A DNA stretch of 64,000 bases from the NCBI RefSeq assembly GCF_009914755.1, contig NC_060940.1, one strand, 5' to 3'. Below the pieces are notes generated by a model. The model was not told the origin of the DNA, made no database searches, and was given only the letters and a program-made list of their open reading frames with translations. This document shows positions 44,331 through 58,850 of the stretch, piece by piece (the stretch's first letter is position 1; each line of letters starts with the position of its first letter). The translations under genes were made by a program, and so were the position numbers. The DNA is from the human T2T-CHM13v2.0 reference genome, Homo sapiens.

Positions 44331-44885
44331 TGATTTGCATTTCCTTGATGACTAGTAATTAGCATTTTTTCATACACCTGTAGGCCATTTGTAGGTTTCT
44401 TTTGAGAAATGTCTATTCAGATCTTCCCCCTTCTTAAATAATTTTTTTTTTTGCAGTTGAGTTATTTGTGTTCCTTATACACTCTGGTTATTAATTCTTT
44501 GTCAGATGGACAGTCTGCAATATTTTCTTCCATTCTGAGTTGTCTGTTCACTTACATCTTTATCCATTCAGGCACTCTATGCCTTTTTGTGTTTTTTTTT
44601 CACACAGGGTCTCAACCTTGCTTTTTAATAACTACACATTATGCATTGAATGGACATAACAAAATTTAACGGGAGATGTTCAGGTTATTTCCAACTTCTC
44701 ACCATTATTGACAATGTTTCAATAACCATTCTTGTGTTCAATCTTGTTGCACAGCCATACTTCCCCATGATAAAAGTCTAAAAAGGAAACTTCTGGATGA
44801 AAAACTGTTTAAGCACCAGGGGGAGCTGGTCACCTATGTGATCCCCATCTGCAGTGCTGTGGGGTTTAAAAAAAATTTTTTTTGA

Positions 44886-45185
<300 letters not shown>

Positions 45186-46659
45186 TAGTCCTCCACCTTA
45201 GCAGTTTCCGCTTCCTAAGATGAAAGTGCAAAATGTCTGGGGCACACAGCTCGTAAACAGTACCTGGCATCTAGGAATGCTCAACAGAGGCTTTCGTCTT
45301 TGAAACCCTACCCCTCCTTGCTGTATTCTTTAATGTGGACAATAGATGTTTCTCCAATGCATAAATTGCTGTGTCCTTCAAGTCCCAAGCCCCTTTTACA
45401 TGGAAAGGCTGGCACTGCCACTGTCAGATCATTTAGAAGAGAATAGGCCCACCTCAGCCTCATGGTTGGGCATGTGACCCAGGCCCTGCTGTTCAATGCA
45501 CGATGTGCACCTTAACCACAGTGATTGGTGCAAGGATGGCACAAAACCCACACCAGACCAATAAGACCCTACCCAGGACCTTTGCTGAAGTGTAGAGAAA
45601 AGAGTTGCTACTTCTTCAGGGTTTGTTGACTTGGTTGTAAAGCATCGTGTTGAAGCACATGAGCTTTGGAGTTTGGACTTGAATTGGAATCCCCTCTTGA
45701 TCACTTCCTGGCCATGTCACCTTTCTGAAATTCCTCAATATCTCAGATATTTGGTGTTTGTTTGTTTTGAGACAGAGTCTCACTCTGTCTTGCCCAGGCT
45801 GGAGTACAGTGGCACGATCTCAATGCAGCCTCTGCCTCCCTGGCTCAGCCTCCCAAGTAGCTGGGACTACAGACAGGCATGTGCCACCACACCCGGCTAA
45901 TTTTCTATTTTTAGTAGAGATGGGGTTTCACCATGTTGGCCAGGCTGGTCTCAAACTCCTGACCTCAAGTGATCCACCCACCTCAGCCTCCCAAAGTGCT
46001 GGGATTACAGGCGTGAGCCACCGCCCGGCCAATATATCAGATATTTGGCTTCCTCATCTGTAAACTGGGGCAGTAATAATTTCTACCTTACAGAGTGGTC
46101 GTGGGTTTTGTGTGACATAACACGTGTAAAACACTAAGTGCTGAGCCTGCTACAGACAAATTATTCCATGATGCTGGTTGGCTGTTGCGACACAGTCCAC
46201 ACCCCGAGATGTGGAGGCAGCCAGTATCCATCTCTTGCTCTACCTGTTAGTCAATAGTGCTACTGCTCCCTCACCAGACACACACACTTGTCATTTTCCG
46301 CTGTCAGTACATAAATGAGGCACCACCGGATGGTGACCATAACCTGGCATTTTCTGGGAAACTCCCTATTTCAAATATTTGATTGCATTAGCAGAAAACA
46401 AGTTGCAGCTTCTGGGGAAAGGAACATAATTCCTGCCTATCTATGATGCCATTTCTCTGGGCGGGTGTTTTTTTAAGCCAGGCCAGTAGAAAGAGTGATT
46501 TCTGCTCAGCCAACCTTGTATCAGGTAGGACTCAACTGGTTGCCAAGTGACAGAAAACCCTACTCAAACAGAAGAGGAAATTTATTAGTGGATAAATTAC
46601 AGGTTAGTTCTGATTCACAAGGATTGAGAGTCAGTAAGGTTGTGGTCCCTGAGAGCAGA

Positions 46660-46878
46660 AGTGTTACACCTTTCCTTATAAAGAGCCAGGTAGTAAATAT
46701 TTTAGGCTTTGCAGAATATATGGTCTTTGTTGCAGCCGCTTGACCCTGCCATCGTAGTATGCAAGCATCATAGTAAATATGTAAAAGAATAAGCATGGCT
46801 GTATTCCAATACAATTTATTTACAGAAGCAGGGGGTAGGCTGCATTTGGCCCCTGGACTGTGGTTTGCTGACCCCTGA
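46660..46878. mobile_element. MER58A-like hAT MITE
   Basis: aaagagccaggtagtaaatattttaggctttgc...ggctgtattccaatacaatttatttacag...tggtttgctgacccctg. Confidence 0.75.
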
Positions 46879-47236
46879 CTTTAGAGGAAAATCAGAATGC
46901 AATTACCCAAAGAAAGGGAATTGAATACAGCTGGCAAAAATACAAAAATAACGCCCATGTTAAGCTCCAAATTCTCCTGGCATAGTCTTTTCTGTCCTCT
47001 TAAAGCAAACAAAGGAAATGAGGTGACCAGCCTGGTCTGGGGATCCAGTTTATTTGGGTGGAACAAAGTTCTTTCTCTCTGTGGATCTATTTAGTATATC
47101 AGGGGTTTAAGCCCAGGACCTTAAAGATAAGTATGGTACATACTGGGGAGCTCATGTGCTGAGGTTTTACTTCTTCTGTGCCTACTCTAATTTCTTAGGC
47201 CAACCTCTGGATTTTTTTTTTTTTTTTTTTTTTTGA

Positions 47237-47356
<120 letters not shown>

Positions 47357-47595
47357 TAGTCAGTGGTCCTCTGTGAGTCAATATAAGGAAGATAAGGAAA
47401 CTCTGTGGACAAAGTCTTTGAGATCTAAGCCACCCTAAAGGTGAGGAGTCAGAGGGTTTCATTTTATCCGGAGGCTGCAGTGAGCCCAGGAGGTCGAGCC
47501 TCTGCACTTGGCCTGGGCAACAGAGCAAGAGTGGTAGTTCAAGCCTGTAATCCCAACATTTTGGGAGGCCAAGGCGGGCAGATCCCCTGAGGTCA

Positions 47596-47781
<186 letters not shown>

Positions 47782-50634
47782 TTACAAGAGCAGAACTCCA
47801 TCTCAATCAATCAATCAATCATTAATAAAAATTTTTTAAAATGTTGAATCTCCTTTCTTTGATAGCCAGTAATGAAGCATTCAAAGCCTAAACTTCTGTA
47901 GTGAAGCCATTGTCATGAACATCTCTAAACTGTCAGGATACACATGGAAGATCCAACACTCTCTCTCTGTTATTCCTGGGAGGATGATTCTGGGTGTCCA
48001 GCTACTGACTGATGTCCAGGATCATGCTAGACCTCTCTAGCTCAGAGGTCTCTGGTCCTAAGGTCAGATCTTAGGACCTAGAAGCTAGCGACTTTCAGCC
48101 ATAAGACATGTCCCTGAGCCAATGAGGTGAGAAAAGATTTGGATGGAGTTTCACCATGTTGTTCTGTCATGCCACTGCTACCCACATTAACAGGCTTGTT
48201 TGGAAAGCCTGGGAATCAGGAGGGCTTGGGGCTAGGGACAGGCTATACCTTCAGAGGGAACAGCTCAACTCTCCCAATGAGCTCTCTGGAATCGAGCTTT
48301 AGATGCCTGGGCAAGGCCAGAACATTGTAAATGAGTCCAGCTGGAATCAGTTGCCAACAGGGGAACCCAGCTTCCCAATGACATCAGGATTAGCACATAA
48401 AGCTTGGTACTGGGCTGTCTTCGGGTGGATGTTTCCCTACAAGAATACCTGTATTTTTTCAGGAGGTGTCTATACAGGCATTCTCCTTCACTAAATCTTG
48501 CGTTCTCTAAAATTAAGTAGATTCCCTTTTAAACATAGATCCCCATTTTATAGGCTTGATTTTGCTGTGAGTCACATCATAGCTTTCAGGACTTAAAATT
48601 GTGCCTAAATAGGTAAAAACATTAGCCAGGCATGGCGGCACGTACCTGTGGTCCCAGTGACACAGGAGGCTGAGGCAGGGGGATCACTGGAGCCCAGGAG
48701 GTCGAGGCTACAGTAAGCTTTGTTTGTGTCACTGCACTCCAGTCCGGTGAGCATGAGACCCTGTCTCCATTAAAAGAAAAAAAAAAAAAGTAAAAATGTA
48801 AGTAATCATTACTTGTTTGCCAAGCAAAATATTCCTGCATGAGGTCCTTGTGGTGAAGAAGTTAAGAAATCAGTGCCCAACCGTGTTGCACTATATTCTT
48901 GTAAAATATATTTTGGTTCTGTCCCCTAATCCTCATGTGCTAACAGGGATGTATTGTTTTTTCTAGAGCTCCTTTGCAGGGATTTAGATCATTATTTCAG
49001 ATCTTCCAGATCTTAGATTTGGTTTAAGAGGTCAAGAAGCACTTCCTTCATTCATAAATATTTATTTAGGTTCTACTATATGCCAGCGTTCTATGCACTA
49101 GAAGCTTAACTTTGTAATCTGGTTTGAAGCATTGTGTACAAATGCACAACGACATATGTATGAAGCTGTTACCCACAGCATTGTTTGTAATAACTGGAAA
49201 CAATTCGAACATCTATCAATAGGTAGGAAATGGTTCATTCAAACAACAGAACTTTAAAATCATTAAAAATAGATCTTTATGTATTACTATGCAAATATGC
49301 CAAAGGAATAATAAGACCAAAAGTTGTAAAAATAAGTTATTTTATCCCATTTTTGCATACACACATGTGAGAAATTGGTAAAAATGATTGCATCTGGGAA
49401 CAGGTTGGAAAATTTAGTTCTATATGTATTAAAAACAAAAAAAAAGACCAAGGCCGGGCGTGGTGGCTCACACCTGTAATCCAGCACTTTGGGAGGCCAA
49501 GGCGGGAAGATCACTTGAGGTCAGGAATTAAAGACCAGCCTGGCCAACATAGTGAAAACCCGTCTCTACAAAAACACAAAAATCTAGCCAGCCGTGGTGG
49601 CGCATGCCTGTAATCCCAGCGACTCAGGAGGCTGGGCAGGAGAATCGCTGGGACCCAGAAGGCAGAGGTTGCAGTGAGCCAAGACTGCACCACTGCACTC
49701 CAGCCTGGGTGACAGAGGGAGACTCCGTCTCAAGAAAAAAACAAAATGAAACAAAACAAAAACAAAAACAAAAAACCAACTTTGTGTTGATAGTCTCATG
49801 AGCACATGATTTGGATTGGGGGAGATTAATTTTTTAAAGTCGATAGTTCTATGTTTTTTTAACGATCATGTATTGCTTTCCTAACAGAAAAAAATAATTT
49901 GTATACTATTTGTAGATTATGAAAGGGGATACCTATTCACACATAGAATGGTAAGCTTCATCACTGAAGATTCTCAACCCACCACTGGTATAAGCTTTCT
50001 CAGGTTCTTTTCTTCCTATAGCTGGGAAGTCAGGTTTTCTTTCTTTTTTTGGGACAAAGTCTCGCTCTGTTGCCCAGGCTGGAGTTCAGGGGTGCAATCT
50101 TGGCTCACTGCACCCTCTGCCTCGTGGGTTCAAGCTTCTCCTGCCTCAGCCTCCCAAGTAGCTGGGACCACAGGTGTGTGCCACCATGCCCGGCTAATTT
50201 TTTTGTATTTTTAGTAGAGACGGGGTTTCACCGTGTTAGCCAGGATGGTCTCGATCTCCTGTCCTCATGATCCGCCTGCCTGGTCCTCCCAAAGTGCTGG
50301 GATTACAGGCGTGAGCCACTGCGCTCAGCAGAAGTCAGGTTTTCTAACGTGTTTAGCTTGACTCACAGTGGCACTGGCTAATGGTTCACTTTGACCAGAG
50401 ATTTAACTGAACTTCTTTTGGAAATTAAAAATAACCAACCATACTTAAAATGTTCCCTAGAAGTCTGTGCCAGGTGATGTGGGCTTCCTAATTTTACGAA
50501 ATCTTTTGCAACTGAAGATTATTTACAAGACTTTTGATGGCCGAGCACAGTGGCTCATACCTGTAATCCCAGCATTTTGAGAGGCCAAGGTGGGCAGATA
50601 ACCTGAGGTCAGTAGATCGAGACCATGCTAGCTA

Positions 50635-50889
<255 letters not shown>

Positions 50890-50984
50890 TCAAGCTGTCC
50901 TTCTGCCTGGGCCTCCCAAAGTACTAGGATTACAGGCACGAGCCACCATGCCCAGCCTCAATTATGATTTTAGAAAAAGGTTTT

Positions 50985-51670
<686 letters not shown>

Positions 51671-51689
51671 GTGCTGATCCATGCTGCCG

Positions 51690-52010
51690 ACAAGGATAAA
51701 CCCTGAAAACATTAAGCTAAATGAATGCATCACTAAAGGCCACATATTTTGATCTCATTTATACAACATGTCCAAAATAGGCAAATATTTAGAAGCAGAA
51801 TTAGCCATTAGTGATTACACCAGGAGTTGAGGAGAGAATGGAACAGAAAGTGACTTAATGGATAGAGGGTTTCTTCTTTGATGAAAATGTTCTGAAATTA
51901 GTGGAGATGGCTGAATATACTGAAATCAACTGAATTGTGGCAAATTTTTTAAAGTGGTAAATTTTATGGTATGTAAATCATATCTGGAATAAAGCTGTTA
52001 CAAAAAATTA
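51690..52010 (+). mobile_element. Old L1M 3' end next to the DNAJA2 3' end
   Basis: ccctgaaaacattaagctaaatgaa...gtccaaaataggcaaat...gatgaaaatgttctgaaattag...aataaagctgtt. Confidence 0.7.
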
Positions 52011-52171
52011 TCTGTGCTGGTGACACTGTATGGTTGGTTCTCTCGACAGGTGCTCTACAAACTAGAGCAAGGAGACCAAGTGAAATAACACACCTTAACA
52101 GAAACTCTCTTCCAGTAGTTTTCTTGCCTACAGTCAAAACACCTGGGTAGAAATGAAAGACAGACTACACT

Positions 52172-53841
52172 GAACAACTGTTTTATAAACCTTTATTGGA
52201 AAGGCTACAAACTTTATATTGCCACCACATTTCTTATGTTTAAAGTGGTTGTGGGGAAGTAACCTTGGATACAAAACTACTATGCTGTTGAATCTTACCC
52301 AGGCTTGTTGTAAAATATTTTTTGTACAATGGAGGTAGAGTGGATAGGTCAATAATTTAAACCTCACAGGACTTGATTAGTGTCAGCACACCTTTTTTCA
52401 TTCAGGTTTTCAGGTTCTAGCAGACCTAGAAATAAACTACAAATACTAGATTTAGGCTCAGGGATGGCATTTAATACATTTAAAATTTTTAGTTTTCAGT
52501 TTTCCCCATTTGTTCCTTTATAAATGTAAAATTGTGCATCTGATGTCTCTTTCCTCAAATAAGTGTGTTCTAAAAATACCTACTGAGTGAAATGGTAAAA
52601 ACCAGATGATGGAAAGAGAAACACAACATCCGTTTCATCAATTTTACCTGATTTTTCTCAAACCAGCCTTTTTTTTTTGCTTATTTTTAGTTTGAAATAT
52701 AAATAACTACAACAATGCATATTTCAGTTGCCTTCATTCTTAAATTCTGAATAAGCATCTTACTTTTCTATAAAACATTACAGAAACTCAAAATAATAAT
52801 CAATGGCTTCTCCAATTCCAAATATTCAACTTAATGGAGACAGCATCTTTTACATTTAATGAAAACAGAGGATTTGAACACGTTCTATGCAGACATGGTT
52901 TTACTATAGATTTGCTGTTACCTTATTTTTTTAAGGGGGTGGTGGTAGGGAGATACAGAAGTCAGGCTAGCCCAGTGCTTGGGAGTTACAGCACTCAAGA
53001 CACCCTGGCCTCTACAGAGCATCACTGAAGCCACTGAAGACTGTCTCTACCAGCCTTTTGTCTTCCAAGACTATAAGATGGGCATAGGCCTGAGATATAA
53101 GCTTCAGGCCAATGGGTTTTTATGGGCTGTTTAAGAACCAGTACTAAGGATACATTCTTTTATGTTTTTCCTTCTAAAAATGTGACACAAAAGAATAATT
53201 TACACCAACCGCTTTTTATTATCGAGTTTCAGAAACCTTTCACAAGATGGTAAAAAAAAAAAAAAGAAAAAAGAAAAAAAAAACAAAACCAAAAACAAAA
53301 AAACTTTACAACCACAGCTAATGTAATTTTTTCCATTGTTCCCAGTCAGCTCCAAACCCATTGTGTGCAAAGCCCATTTTTTTCCATGCATCTAAATGAT
53401 AGATACAGGCTATGAAATTCTTTATTCTATTTGTAGCAGCTTATGCAGGTGCAGCCAAACACAAAGCTTCAGGACAAATTGTACAAACTTTACAATGTGG
53501 GATTTAAATTTAAAATATGAAACATAAAAATCTACACAAAACTGATAAAAATCAAGCACAGATACCAGGATTGAAACTTATAATAATCCATGTGTGAAAG
53601 GGAGTCTTGTTTCCTTTCAAGTGCTTTATTCTGCTATGGAACAGTCAAAATGAAGATGTAAAGCTTTGTGGTTAGTTTAAATTATACACTCTGTAGATAC
53701 TATACCAATTTTAAAAGTTATACATAGACCAACAGATGTCCCTCAGTTCATCTGGATTGATAAGACACTCCAGCTGGATTGCTGAGAACAAATCAGGCAA
53801 ATGTGGAAAGAAAATCCACCTGTGCAATTTGTTTGCAGAGT
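52172..53841 (-). other. DNAJA2: DNAJA2 3'UTR (distal end approximate)
   Basis: AT-rich, Alu-free; minus-strand AATAAA at 53625-53630, 53421-53426, 53215-53220 and 52192-52197. Confidence 0.78.
52192..52197 (-). terminator. Distal DNAJA2 polyadenylation signal
   Basis: TTTATT on + is AATAAA on -, followed on - by a GT/T-rich tract (gtgtagtctgtctttcattt). Confidence 0.7.
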
Positions 53842-54033
53842 TTACTGATGGGCACACTGCACTCCAGGTCCATGATGGCTGCTGCTTTCTTCATCAGAGC
53901 TATCATTATAGGCTTCACGCCTCTGACCACCTCCTGAGCCTCGAGTGCTATCAAATTCCTGAAGCTCTACCTCCTCTGTTTCTCCAATTATGTTAGGAAC
54001 TTCCGGTCTAGATGGCAGAAGATCTTCTAGTTC
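53842..54033 (-). CDS. DNAJA2: DNAJA2 terminal coding exon 9 (192 coding bp), ends in CaaX box CAHQ
   Basis: ataaAG|GAA CTA...CAT CAG TAA; ELEDLLPSRPEVPNIIGETEEVELQEFDSTRGSGGGQRREAYNDSSDEESSSHHGPGVQCAHQ*. Confidence 0.96.
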   Translation of the reverse strand, partial: ELEDLLPSRPEVPNIIGETEEVELQEFDSTRGSGGGQRREAYNDSSDEESSSHHGPGVQCAHQ

Positions 54034-54309
54034 CTTTATTAAAACAAACAAAAACCAGGTTGGTTGTAATATTTTCATCAACTTTCCTTTTGATACATAG
54101 AATCCAGTGTCTGTTTAAGAGTTTAAAAAGGGGCTGGGTGTGGTGGTTCATGCTTATAATCCCACCCAGCACTTTGGAAGGCTGAGGCGGGCAGATAATG
54201 AGGTCAGGAGATGAGACCAGCCTGGACAACATGGTGAAGCCTTGTCTCTACTAAAAATACAAAAAATTAGCCAGGCATGGTGGTGGGTACCTGTAATCCT
54301 AGCTAGTCA

Positions 54310-54480
<171 letters not shown>

Positions 54481-55183
54481 TCATCACTCACAGGCCAAAT
54501 TCTGCAGACATCTTTTGTGCAACCCATCTATTGCTTTAAGAACCAAAAAAAAGGTCATTATCTGCCAATACTTAAACATTAGAAAGTTTCTACAGGAGAC
54601 ACACCTTCCTGCATCCGGCATGGACACCAGCTTACGATAAAGGGGTAGTGGTCCTGCCCTCTGCAAATGAGGAACCTGTTCTCTCCAGGGAGTGCTACTC
54701 CTCATCACCACCCACACCGGGTCTACTTTACTCCTCTACAATTCCCTGCTTGGCCCCATCAACATTTACACCAGCAATACCCCATTTCCTAACAACTAGG
54801 AAAGCCTACCAATCACACAAATATACTTTAAAATTGAAAGTAACATGACTATTAAGAAACTTGAAGTCGGCTGGGTGCAGTGGCTCACGACTGCAATCCC
54901 AGAACTTCGGGAGGCAGGAGGATTGCTTGAGACCAGTCTGGACAACATAGCAACATCTCTATAAAAAGTTTTAAAAAGCATTAGCCAGGTGTGGTGGTAC
55001 ACACCCGTAGCAAGCCATGATCATGCCACTGCACGCCAGCCTGGGCAACAGAGCGAGACTCTCTTAAAAAGAAAGAAACTTGGCTGGGTGCAGTGGCTCA
55101 CGCCTGTAATCCCAGCACTTTGGGAGGCCGAGGCAGGTGGATCATGAGGTCAGGAGATCGAGACCATCGATCTAACATGGCTA

Positions 55184-55607
<424 letters not shown>

Positions 55608-55814
55608 TTAGCCAGGCATGGCAACACACACCTGTAGTCCCAGCTCCTTGGGGGCTGAGGTGAGAGGATCGCTTCAGCCCAGGAGGTCGAGGCTGCAGTG
55701 AGCCACGATCACACCACTACACCCCAGCCTGGGTGACAGAGACCCTGTCTAAAAAACCAAAAACCGAACTCCAAACTTGGAAGTCAACTGTTGTTTAATT
55801 TAAAGAACACTTAC

Positions 55815-55942
55815 AGAAAGCTTGTCTGGGTTGATCCAGTTGTTTTCAGGAAACTGCACATCAAACTTTATGTAAAGATCACCTTTTTCAAAGGGATTAC
55901 GATACTGCGGCATCCCTTCACCTCGAACTACACGAACACACC
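55815..55942 (-). CDS. DNAJA2: DNAJA2 exon 8 (128 bp)
   Basis: taatAG|GG TGT...CTT TCT|GTaagt; (G)[42 protein letters not shown]; GEGMP and GDLY are DnaJ C-terminal domain motifs. Confidence 0.96.
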
Positions 55943-56086
55943 CTATTATTTAAGAGGAAATGATTAATAATTTTACCCAAAAGAGGTGTTCAATTTTTTT
56001 TAGAGTTATGCAGTATAAAAAAATTACAAATTGTAATTTTTTTCAAAAATACTTGAAAACCAGAATCGGACAAAATCAAGATTTAC

Positions 56087-56231
56087 CTGGTTCAATTACT
56101 TTGCCAGGGGGGTATTTCACCACAATCTGACGTCCATCAAGGTGCTTAAATGTGAACTGAAATCCACATAGAGCTTCAACAAGTCCTATTTTATATGTCA
56201 TGTGCAAATCATTCCCATCTCTCTGAAATAC
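56087..56231 (-). CDS. DNAJA2: DNAJA2 exon 7 (145 bp)
   Basis: ttatAG|GTA TTT...CCA G|GTaaat; VFQRDGNDLHMTYKIGLVEALCGFQFTFKHLDGRQIVVKYPPGKVIEP(G); absent from the ORF track, translated by hand. Confidence 0.96.
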
Positions 56232-57034
56232 CTATAAATAAAGCACAAAAGAAATACATTTTCTTAAAAATTATGGAGGTACACCCTGCAGCATTATGTT
56301 CCTTGACTTAATTTCAAAACCTTATTTCTACCACTCACTGCAAATCCAAAGTGCCACTGTCCCTAGTGCCCTAAACCGCATTAGGAAAGCTAGCTATTCC
56401 CAAGTAGTATGTGAGAAACTTCCATGAGGAAGGTGTACTGGAACTGGTAAACAATGGCATATATAAGAGCAACAGAACTGAGGCCCTCAAAACAGTGCCA
56501 GGTATATTCTGCAACTATTGCCCACTTTCAGACTCTGCCTCTGGTGAAAAAGGTACAGAATGCCCAGAGGGCTCCTACAGAACAGGCTCACCCTGGAGTG
56601 CTCCCCAGACATGATCGTAACAGGGAAGGGGGGAGGGTCCAAGATCAACATAAAACCCAACATCAACCAGTTAACACCCAGCCAGCAAAGTCAAGTGGCT
56701 CAATTCCGTGCTTCACACACATACCAACAAGTCTCACATCTCACTAAAATGCAAAACTGGCTCATTCAATATTACACTATAAGCCTATGGACTAGGTAAT
56801 GCAAAAGGTATTGAGAATAAGCACAAAGAATGTTTCTGAGCCTTCAATGTGTAGGAAAAATACATCCAACTTCACACGCCCAACCTGCAATTTTTGCTTA
56901 GATTTTACAATGGTCACTCTTCTTGTAAAGAACAATCCTGGCCGGTTCACTTATAGAAAATCTGGTAGACAGGTTCTTTTCCTATGTTACTCTCCTAAAT
57001 TTACTCATTAAACAAAGTTAAACCATTACCTTAA

Positions 57035-57210
57035 CCAATGATTCTCTAAGTGTGGTTCTGGACCAGCAGCTTCAGGAAACTTGTTAGGAACACATATTCT
57101 TGGGCCCCACTTCCATTCCTGCCAGAAACAAGGCAGGCAAGATCCAGCATCTGTAGTCCTAACAAGCCCTCCAGGCAATTCTTGTGTGTGTGCTAAAGTT
57201 TGAGATCCAA
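57035..57210. mobile_element. MER5A-like hAT MITE
   Basis: ttctctaagtgtggttctggaccagcagc...aacaagccctccaggcaattct...ctaaagtttgaga. Confidence 0.7.
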
Positions 57211-57484
57211 GAAGGTATGTTATGTATGCACATATATTCAAGTGTTCCTCACAATGGGACCAATAGTTTTTTTAATGCAGGATTTTTCAACGCATTAAAA
57301 ATGCTAAGTAGGCCAGGTGCAGTGGCTCACACCTGTAATCCCAGCACTTTGGGAGGCCAAGGCAGGCGGATCACAAGGTCAGGAGTTCAAGACCAGCCTG
57401 GCCAATATGGTGAAACCCCATCTCTACTAAAAATACAAAAATTAGCCAGGTGTGGTGGCACGCGCCTGTAGTCCCAGCTACTTA

Positions 57485-57700
<216 letters not shown>

Positions 57701-57989
57701 CTAGTTGAGGCAGGACGATCCCTTGAGCCCAGGATTTGGAGCCTGCAGGGGCAGTCCCTCCTCATTAATGATCCAGCCACTGCACTCCAGCCTGGGAGAC
57801 AGAAGGACATCCTGTCTCTTAAACATAATAATAATAAATTTAAAATAAATGCTAAGTATACTGTAAAATGCCAGTGTTCTAAGAACCATCTTACCAAATA
57901 TCCTTTGTTAAAGTCATACTATTTTAGGATGCATGCAGTGGCTCATGCCTATAATCCCAGCACTTTGGGAGGCTGAGGCAGGTGGATCA

Positions 57990-58391
<402 letters not shown>

Positions 58392-58439
58392 TCAAAAAAA
58401 AAAAAAGAAAAGGGAACAGGAAGAGATACACATCACGTT

Positions 58440-58850
58440 CTTGTACAGGAGAGTTCAACTGAAAGTGATTTCAATAAAAAATGATTATGATTATCAGGAT
58501 GGTTGTTGCAGCAGAGCGGGGAAGCTAAACAATTTGATGTTAAAAGTTTAAACAGAATAAACAAGCAAGGATGCCAGAGAGTTTCTGAAAAACAAGATTA
58601 ATGAGGAGGGACCACCAAGCACTAGACCAGAAAACACTTAGAAGTCATATTTCTGAATAACAAAAGTACAGGTTATAGAGGCGTGACTAACATCACCAGG
58701 TTCTGTGGTTTGATGCTGTACAAGTGCACTATGGTAACCAGACCACCGAGACACACAAACAGGCACACTGACAAGTGACATGGCAGGATGATGACTATAG
58801 ATGATACAGCACTCCCAAGAAGGAACGAGACAAACTTCCATTCTAACCTT
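58440..58850 (+). mobile_element. Highly decayed L1 fragment in DNAJA2 intron 6
   Basis: L1 ORF2-like segments gaataaacaagcaaggatgccagagagtttctgaaaaacaag...gagggac. Confidence 0.45.
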
